Assembly: GCA_035439485.1 (NCBI GenBank)
Contig: DAORKI010000003.1
Coordinates: 8,326 to 72,325 of the forward strand
Direction of reading: 5' to 3'
DNA from: Bacteroidia bacterium
GTDB taxonomy: Bacteria > Bacteroidota > Bacteroidia > UBA4408
Length of the DNA: 64,000 nucleotides
Part shown: piece by piece, positions 57,253 through 64,000 of the stretch
Numbering within the stretch: position 1 is the stretch's first letter
Layout: every line of letters starts with the position of its first letter
Notes under the pieces: model-generated
What the model was told of the DNA's origin: nothing
The model's input: the letters and a program-made list of their open reading frames with translations, nothing else
Databases searched by the model: none
Made by a program: the position numbers and the translations under genes

Positions 57253-57771
57253 ATGACTTTAGATACATTATTTAGCGACAAATCAATAACCTCCAAACAA
57301 AAAACAGCTCAAATTAACCAATGGCTGTTAGAAGGGATATTACCCATTGATGAGCTTTTGGACTTTGCAGCAAAATCAAAACATGCTGTTAAAGCAACAT
57401 GTATAGAAGGCATAGAGCAATCAACCAAAATAAACCAGGGTATTTCTAATGAAACCATGTTTTTGTTTGTAACAATGCAGCTTTTAGAAAAAGAACCTCG
57501 TGTAAAATGGGAGAGCGCCAGAGTAATTGGTAATTGTGCATCACGATTTATAGATTTGTTGCCATTGGCTATAAAAAACCTAATACTTAACTCCCATCAT
57601 GAAGGTACGGTCGTACGTTGGAGCACAGCATACGCACTCGGAGAAATAATTAAATTAAATACTAAAAATAATTTAACATTAATAAAAACAGTCATGGAAA
57701 TTATAGAAAAGGAAGAAAAAAACAGTATTAAAAAAATTTATTCTTCCGCTATCAAAAAAGTTACGTTATAA
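57253..57771 (+). CDS. hypothetical alpha-helical (HEAT-like repeat) protein
   Basis: 172 aa, all-helical with paired repeats (KWESARVIGNCA / RWSTAYALGEII). Weak assignment. Confidence 0.3.
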   Translation: MTLDTLFSDKSITSKQKTAQINQWLLEGILPIDELLDFAAKSKHAVKATCIEGIEQSTKINQGISNETMFLFVTMQLLEKEPRVKWESARVIGNCASRFIDLLPLAIKNLILNSHHEGTVVRWSTAYALGEIIKLNTKNNLTLIKTVMEIIEKEEKNSIKKIYSSAIKKVTL

Positions 57772-57886
57772 ATTTTATGTCCCATTTTTCTTCCTATACA
57801 CAGTATCGGCAACTTTAATGCAAATGCAGCTCTCAATACAAAACACAGTAGGCAAATTGAAGCAAAATCAAATCAGAAATATAACT

Positions 57887-58387
57887 ATGAATAAGCTCAA
57901 ATTGATTTCTTTATACTTTTTATTTCAGTTTTTAACCTTTGAAATAATGGCCCAAAATAATGTTTCCAATCATGATACCATATGCTATTTTACCACTGCC
58001 CAAGGTGAAATAATATGTTTAATGAGTAATATTAAAACAAAATTACTGATATTTAACATGAAAAGCCCTAATAATAAGCCAGAAACAAGTGTACAATCAA
58101 CAGTAAAAGATACGATATTTACCTATTCATATTACTTAAGAGGTGGTGCAGCAGCAAATGAAGGCTTGGAATTAAATTATGTATATTTCAGTTACAAAAA
58201 TAAAAAGTATATTATTTATGAAATAAGTTATTATGAAGATCAGGATGTTCAGTTTGGTATAAGAATTATTGATTCAAAAACGAATGCCCTTATTGAAAAA
58301 AAAGCTACAAAAGGTCAAATTAAAGGAACACTTACTGGTTTAAGAGAAAACAATGCTATTAAACATGGCGAAGAAATATTTGATTAA
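57887..58387 (+). CDS. secreted hypothetical protein
   Basis: The track start 57818 lies upstream. ATG 57887 gives signal peptide MNKLKLISLYFLFQFLTFEIMAQ. No recognisable domain. Confidence 0.45.
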   Translation: MNKLKLISLYFLFQFLTFEIMAQNNVSNHDTICYFTTAQGEIICLMSNIKTKLLIFNMKSPNNKPETSVQSTVKDTIFTYSYYLRGGAAANEGLELNYVYFSYKNKKYIIYEISYYEDQDVQFGIRIIDSKTNALIEKKATKGQIKGTLTGLRENNAIKHGEEIFD

Positions 58388-58499
58388 ATCAGTATAAAGT
58401 AGAGAGTGCTACTGTAATCATTTTGTTTAAAAAATAATCATTAGCATTTCAATTTTAATATATTTGAAATTCTAACAATGATTATAATTTAGTCAATAC

Positions 58500-60905
58500 A
58501 TGAAAGAGAAAGCACTTAATTTATTAAAGCAGTATTACGGATATCAGTCGTTTAGAAGCATTCAATTTGAAGTTATTGAAGCTAATTTGCGTAATGAAGA
58601 TGTTTTGGTTTTGATGCCCACGGGAGGAGGGAAATCAATATGCTTTCAGATACCAGCATTGATGCGCGATGGAGTTTGTATAGTAGTGTCACCACTTATT
58701 GCCTTAATGAAAGATCAGGTGGATGGATTGGTTGGAAATGGCATATCGGCAGCTTATCTCAATAGTAGTCAAAATGCTGATGAGGAAAAAGCGGTTTTAG
58801 ACGAAGCTTTAAATGGGAAATTAAAGTTGCTTTATATAGCACCAGAGCGACTTTTAAGTATGCTGCAAACCTTTTTTAACTTAGTAAAGGTGAGTATGAT
58901 AGCCATTGATGAAGCGCATTGTATTTCTCAATGGGGGCATGATTTTAGGCCCGAATATACCAAACTGGGGCTGTTGCGTGAGCGATTTCCAGATGTACCT
59001 GTTATTGCCTTGACAGCCACTGCTGATAAAACTACGCAAAGAGATATCATTAAGCAACTAAAATTAAAATCAGAAAATGTTTTTGTTTCTTCTTTTGACA
59101 GGCCTAACTTGAGTTTAAAAGTAAAAAGAGGTTTGAGTGATAAAGATAAGTTAAAAGAGGTTGTACAGTTCATTAATAAGAAAAAAGGGCAATCAGGTAT
59201 TATTTATTGCTTGAGCAGAAAAGGCACAGAAAAATTAGCTGCTGATTTGAGTTTGCATGGCATATCCGCAACATCATACCACGCAGGAATGGGTGCTGAA
59301 GAACGTAGTAAAGTACAAGAAGATTTTATTAATGATAACATTACCGTAATATGTGCAACAATTGCTTTTGGAATGGGTATTGACAAATCAAATATAAGAT
59401 GGGTTATTCATAATAATTTACCTAAAAATATTGAAAGTTACTACCAGGAAATTGGGCGAGCAGGAAGAGATGGCATGAGTGCTGAAACTATACTTTATTA
59501 TAGCTATAAAGATTTAATAACTCTCAACAAATTTGCTGCTGAAAGTGGGCAGAGTGAATTGCAAATAGAAAAACTCAACTTTATGCAAAAATACTGTGAG
59601 GCTCGTATTTGCAGAAGAAAAATATTATTAGGATATTTTAGTGAAGCATTAGAAAGCAATTGCAATAATTGTGATGTTTGTTTAAATCCGCCAAAATATA
59701 TAGATGCTACAATTTTAGTACAAAAGGCACTTTCGGCCATGTTAAGAATGGAAGAAAAAGTTGGTATTAATACCTTGGTACTCGTATTAAGAGGTTCAAA
59801 GGACATTGAAGTATTGGCTCATGGTTATGATAAAATTAAAACCTATGGAGCAGGAAAAGATACCAGCATTATACATTGGAAAAACTATATTTTACAAATG
59901 CTGCAAGTAGGATTAATTGAGATGGCTTATGATGAATCATTTACATTAAAAGTTTCAGAATTTGGCAAAAGAGTGATAAAGTTAGGTTTAAAGATTGAAC
60001 TAGCCAATGCTGCTGAAATTGCAAGTGAAACCACTGAAAAATCGCCAATAATGGCCAAAGATTTTGCGGATGCTGACCATCCATTATTAATACAATTAAA
60101 GGCATTCAGAAAAGAACTGGCTAAAAAATTGAAGGTTCCACCTTATGTTATTTTTACAGATAAAACACTGGAAGAAATTATTGAAAAAATGCCTATTAAT
60201 GAAGCGGAAATGTTACGAATATCAGGTATATCTGCAAAAAAAATGAAACAAGCTGGTAATGACATTATTTCAATAGTAAGAAATTATAAAGGCTTATCAG
60301 AGGATGTCCCTGTTCATGTTGATGAAGTGATTCATATCGATAAAATTAAAATATACCTGCGCAGCTTAAATCGAGTTGGGATTGAGCCAAGTATAGCCAA
60401 TTTAGCAAAGGTGTTAGTTGGTAATAAAAACAGGAGCCTGAATAACATCGATATACTTCAATTTAATTTTTATGGATTATTGGCTGGCCAATATACTGCT
60501 AAGGAAGTTAAACCTATGATTGAACAAAAACTTCAAAGTATATTTACAGATAACCGTAATGTTAAGCAAGACAATAATGATTTTCAATTAAAGCAGGTGG
60601 AGTATTTCAATCATTATAATGCGGAATCGCAACAAAACTTAATCAATGAAGTTGCAAAATTACAAGTGTTAAGGCCTACAGAAAGTATACAAAATGAGTA
60701 TATTTTAGAACAACGTAAAAGCTTCGAAAGGGCTTATGAACCTTGGGAAGAAAAAGAAAATAATTTGCTTTTAGCTAGTGCAAATATTACAAACGACATA
60801 GATTTTTTAGCTGGAATTTATAAACGCAATCCATCTTCAATAAAAATACAATTAGCCAAATTGTTATTAAAGCAACAGTTGTTGGAGGAAGAATTACCGA
60901 TATGA
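58500..60905 (+). CDS. recQ: ATP-dependent DNA helicase RecQ
   Basis: 801 aa. Helicase motifs (PTGGGKSICFQIPA, DEAHCISQWGHDFR), a zinc-binding RQC region (C..C..CDVC), HRDC, and an extra C-terminal extension of about 200 aa. Confidence 0.9.
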   Translation: MKEKALNLLKQYYGYQSFRSIQFEVIEANLRNEDVLVLMPTGGGKSICFQIPALMRDGVCIVVSPLIALMKDQVDGLVGNGISAAYLNSSQNADEEKAVLDEALNGKLKLLYIAPERLLSMLQTFFNLVKVSMIAIDEAHCISQWGHDFRPEYTKLGLLRERFPDVPVIALTATADKTTQRDIIKQLKLKSENVFVSSFDRPNLSLKVKRGLSDKDKLKEVVQFINKKKGQSGIIYCLSRKGTEKLAADLSLHGISATSYHAGMGAEERSKVQEDFINDNITVICATIAFGMGIDKSNIRWVIHNNLPKNIESYYQEIGRAGRDGMSAETILYYSYKDLITLNKFAAESGQSELQIEKLNFMQKYCEARICRRKILLGYFSEALESNCNNCDVCLNPPKYIDATILVQKALSAMLRMEEKVGINTLVLVLRGSKDIEVLAHGYDKIKTYGAGKDTSIIHWKNYILQMLQVGLIEMAYDESFTLKVSEFGKRVIKLGLKIELANAAEIASETTEKSPIMAKDFADADHPLLIQLKAFRKELAKKLKVPPYVIFTDKTLEEIIEKMPINEAEMLRISGISAKKMKQAGNDIISIVRNYKGLSEDVPVHVDEVIHIDKIKIYLRSLNRVGIEPSIANLAKVLVGNKNRSLNNIDILQFNFYGLLAGQYTAKEVKPMIEQKLQSIFTDNRNVKQDNNDFQLKQVEYFNHYNAESQQNLINEVAKLQVLRPTESIQNEYILEQRKSFERAYEPWEEKENNLLLASANITNDIDFLAGIYKRNPSSIKIQLAKLLLKQQLLEEELPI

Positions 60906-61035
60906 TTTTCGATTTCTTCCAATTAATCTTTAGACACATAAAGAATGCCACAGATTGGAAGATTAAAAATTGCTGTTAATAAAGCGTATGAAGGATAGAA
61001 TTCATTTCACATTCATCCATTAGCTACAAGGCTCA

Positions 61036-63126
61036 TTATTTTAGCACAAACTTTTTCGAAAGTATAACATCATTCACCGAAAGCTGAACAAAATAAATCC
61101 CAGAAGAATTTAAATTATCTTTTGATAAAATAATGTTGTGATTTCCAGCTGCAATATTACCCATTGTATACTCTGCCACAATTTTACCTAAAACATCAAA
61201 TACTTTTATGCTTGTATTGGCGCTCGTTTCTGTACTAAAGTATACAACAGCATCATTTTCGGCTGGGTTTGGAGCAATTCTAAAATTATTTTTCAGTGAT
61301 TCAAATTCGTGTAAAGGAGTTGCATTGTTCATATTGATATCATCAATGTAAATATTGTTTCCTTCACCAGCTTCAAAGCGGAATTTAAATTGAATGTTGG
61401 TATATCCAGCAAATAATGATAAGTTAATGTTGTCTTCTCTCCATTGGCTTTGAGAAGTAGGTGTAAATGCAGCATCTTGATCAGCTGTAGTTGAAAGTGT
61501 ATTTTCGGTATAAGTTCTTCTTACACCCCAGGTTTTGCCAAAATCAACCGAAGAAAGCACTTGTAAAGAATTTGATTGATAATCGACACCCGCTGTACCT
61601 GTTAATGAGGCATAAGCGATTTTATAATATAATCGAGGGCTTGCAAATTGTGTTAAATCCATTGACGGCATAACAAACTCATCAATGCTACCAGGTGTAT
61701 TATTAATATTGCTTAATTTAATTGATTTTGATCCTGTATAGGCCGCGTTACTGGTAATTCCCCACGTGTTACCACCGGTAACATTATTTACACTCCAATT
61801 GCTTGCTGCATTAATGGTTAAATTTTCGAAGCCTTCTGCAAAATTTCCAACAGTAATATCTGGTGTTGTTGGCACAATATTGATATATGTATTTTTAGTA
61901 ACACTGCTGCTTCCATTTGCATTTGTTATGGTAAGGGAAACAGAATAGGTGCCAGGATTTGCATATAATACAGTAGGATTTTGATTGGTAGCTGTTGCAG
62001 GAGTTCCACCAGGAAATGACCATGACCAACTGGTGGCAGGTGCTAAATTTGAATTTTCAAAGAAGTTAATATTGGTGTTTACACACACTTGAGGTGTTTC
62101 GGCATAAAAATCAGCCACAGGCGCGCAAACAGTGTTGGTGTTTACTCCTGTTGCAGTTAAATTGTTGTTTGTCCATAAATTACTCCTTGATGCAGTGTTT
62201 GATGTTAAAGCAGCTAGCATGCGTGTTTTTTGGCCATTGGTAAACATGGTGGAGCAATAGGAATACTCCATAAAATTTTGTACATTGTCGAGTGGCGAAC
62301 CGCAAGAAGCTCCATTTAAATTACATGTGGTCCACCCTACTGTATTTGGCGTATCACTCACATTATCATCAATATTACAATTGCTCGACACACCCGGAGA
62401 ATTGCTATTTCCCCATGGGTGCGGTAAATTGAGCCAATGCCCAACTTCATGTGTAAGAGCCCTACTTCTAGAAGCACTTCCTGTTCCTATACTACCCACA
62501 TAGTTATGTAAAATCATTACCCCATCTACTTGAGCTCCTCCATTTCCTTGCACACTAGATGGATACATTGAATAACCTGCAGCGCCACTAGAAATATTTT
62601 TAACCACCCAAACATTTAAATATTTGTTTCTTGGCCAAACATTTAATTTGGCATCATCATCGCCAATATAGGTAAGAGAAGAGTATATTCTATCAATTCC
62701 GTTGGTACAATTGCCATTGGGATCGAGCTTAGCAAGTTTAAACTGAATTCCAACATTTGCGGCAATTCCTTGAAACGCAGCAACAGTATTTGCTGTATCT
62801 GGATTCTGTTTGTTATAATCCCTATTTAAAATTGCCATAGCATCTTCAATTTGAGCATCAGAAATATTTTCCGTACCATAAACGTGCAAAATATGAAATA
62901 CCACAGGAATGGTATATATCACCGAACTTGCACTTCTATTTTGTGCAAAATCAACGGTTTCTGCTTCTAGCTGCGCCTCAGCTTGATGCACCTCATTTGG
63001 ATACAAAGCCTCCATTTTTTTATTTGCCTCATACGCACTGCATGGGCTTTTAACTTGTGCTATTGAACTGAAAGAAAATAAACCTATAGAGGTTATTTGA
63101 AAAAGAGTTTGGGTAAAAAACTTCAT
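61036..63126 (-). CDS. secreted zinc metallopeptidase (M43/pappalysin-cytophagalysin-like HEXXHXXGXXH) with a T9SS C-terminal sorting domain
   Basis: 696 aa with a signal peptide. Motif HEVGHWLNLPHPWG. C-terminal CTD (APNPAENDAVVYFS...SGIYFVQLSVNDVILSKKFVL). Confidence 0.7.
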   Translation of the reverse strand: MKFFTQTLFQITSIGLFSFSSIAQVKSPCSAYEANKKMEALYPNEVHQAEAQLEAETVDFAQNRSASSVIYTIPVVFHILHVYGTENISDAQIEDAMAILNRDYNKQNPDTANTVAAFQGIAANVGIQFKLAKLDPNGNCTNGIDRIYSSLTYIGDDDAKLNVWPRNKYLNVWVVKNISSGAAGYSMYPSSVQGNGGAQVDGVMILHNYVGSIGTGSASRSRALTHEVGHWLNLPHPWGNSNSPGVSSNCNIDDNVSDTPNTVGWTTCNLNGASCGSPLDNVQNFMEYSYCSTMFTNGQKTRMLAALTSNTASRSNLWTNNNLTATGVNTNTVCAPVADFYAETPQVCVNTNINFFENSNLAPATSWSWSFPGGTPATATNQNPTVLYANPGTYSVSLTITNANGSSSVTKNTYINIVPTTPDITVGNFAEGFENLTINAASNWSVNNVTGGNTWGITSNAAYTGSKSIKLSNINNTPGSIDEFVMPSMDLTQFASPRLYYKIAYASLTGTAGVDYQSNSLQVLSSVDFGKTWGVRRTYTENTLSTTADQDAAFTPTSQSQWREDNINLSLFAGYTNIQFKFRFEAGEGNNIYIDDINMNNATPLHEFESLKNNFRIAPNPAENDAVVYFSTETSANTSIKVFDVLGKIVAEYTMGNIAAGNHNIILSKDNLNSSGIYFVQLSVNDVILSKKFVLK

Positions 63127-63221
63127 TTATTTAATCTAATTATAAATTGTGAAAAGTAAAAATACTGAATATCAATCAAATGAAAAAATTATTTGACCTC
63201 TATTTCGGTAGCAATTAAGAT

Positions 63222-64000
63222 TTACTCGCCTAATGCTTGTTTTAAGTCCGCTAATAAATCTTCAATGTCTTCAACACCAACACTCAAACGCAATAAATTA
63301 TCAACCACACCTGCAGCTTCTCTTTCGGTTTTTGGAATTGAAGCATGTGTCATAGTGGCTGGATGATTGATTAAAGATTCAACGCCTCCTAAACTTTCTG
63401 CTAGAGAAAATACATGAAATGAGGAAGCAATTTTGAAGGTTTTTTCTAGGTCTGCATTTTTCAAAACAATTGAAATCATGCCCCCAAAATCTTTCATTTG
63501 TGATTTAGCGATGTTATGATTGGGATGTGATTCAAATCCGGGCCAATATACCTTTTCGATTGCAGGATGTGAAGCTAAAAATTGGGCAATAGTTTTTCCG
63601 TTTTGACAATGTCTTTCCATACGCAAGTGCAAAGTTTTAATACCACGCAAAACCAAGAAACTATCCATTGGACCAGGCGTAGCACCACATGAATTGTGAA
63701 TAAATGCTAGCTGTTCATGAATTTTATCATCATTAACACAAAGAGCTCCCATAATGACATCGCTATGTCCTCCAATGTATTTGGTTACCGAATGCATTAC
63801 AATGTGTGCACCCAAATCCAGTGGATTTTGTAAATAAGGTGATGCAAAAGTGTTGTCAACACCTAGTAACAAATTATGTTCCCTGGCAATTACAGCACAT
63901 GCGGCAATGTCAACAATTTGCATTGTTGGATTTGTTGGTGTTTCAACCCAAATTAATTTAGTGTTGGAGTTGATATAATTTTTTATGTTTTGAGCCTCAT
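63222..64000 (-). CDS. Cys/Met-metabolism PLP-dependent enzyme (cystathionine beta-lyase/gamma-synthase family), C-terminal part; gene continues past the window end
   Basis: The frame is open beyond the track start 63923. Hand translation of 63924-64000 gives ..KLIWVETPTNPTM. The PLP-lysine motif SVTKYIGGHSDV is present. The N-terminus lies outside the window. Confidence 0.8.
   Translation of the reverse strand, partial: EAQNIKNYINSNTKLIWVETPTNPTMQIVDIAACAVIAREHNLLLGVDNTFASPYLQNPLDLGAHIVMHSVTKYIGGHSDVIMGALCVNDDKIHEQLAFIHNSCGATPGPMDSFLVLRGIKTLHLRMERHCQNGKTIAQFLASHPAIEKVYWPGFESHPNHNIAKSQMKDFGGMISIVLKNADLEKTFKIASSFHVFSLAESLGGVESLINHPATMTHASIPKTEREAAGVVDNLLRLSVGVEDIEDLLADLKQALGE

Noticed and set aside
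60906-61035. CTTCCAAT...ATTGGAAG inverted repeat after recQ, considered as a terminator
   Set aside because: 8-bp stem with a 30-nt loop and no T-run; not a credible intrinsic terminator.

Overview
This 64 kb window reads as a low-GC (about 35% by eye) Bacteroidota chromosomal segment. The evidence is a gldJ-like gliding-motility lipoprotein, porU/porV/PorP-SprF type IX secretion (T9SS) genes, at least five secreted proteins ending in T9SS C-terminal sorting domains, and an AT-rich promoter region carrying a -33 TTTG / -7 TAnnTTTG motif. Gene density is high on both strands with standard start and stop usage. I saw no rRNA, tRNA or CRISPR array. Most genes are housekeeping: uvrC, holB, the PSP1/YaaT homolog, hpt, guaB, mutS, an acyl-CoA carboxyltransferase, engB, mlaEF, holA, ahcY, hemE, aroB, ispF and recQ. 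Between them sit envelope and secretion modules: a core T9SS locus (porV-porU, a PorP/SprF-like gene, gldJ); an ECF sigma factor with a zinc-finger/TPR anti-sigma, divergent from a DUF4139-lipoprotein operon; a glycine-lipid-type N-/O-acyltransferase pair next to a B12-binding radical SAM gene; a GH3-NagZ/beta-lactamase fusion lipoprotein; and a 7TM-DISM receptor fused to a PP2C phosphatase. The only clearly accessory stretch is about 54.5-58.4 kb: a free-standing NUMOD4/HNH homing-endonuclease gene, then small DUF1801, SRPBCC and HEAT-like genes, bounded on the gldJ side by a strong terminator hairpin. Three sequence-level oddities stand out. A 2TM/RCK channel has its selectivity filter changed from TVGYGD to TVGFQE. 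A 685-aa T9SS cargo protein carries an embedded thioredoxin-like CGPC...cis-Pro segment. A GC-rich structured element of about 90 nt lies in the NMO-mutS intergenic region. I could not identify a complete, clearly novel multi-gene system. The strongest candidates are listed as findings with explicit tests. All functional calls rest on motif and domain recognition by eye; no database search was run.
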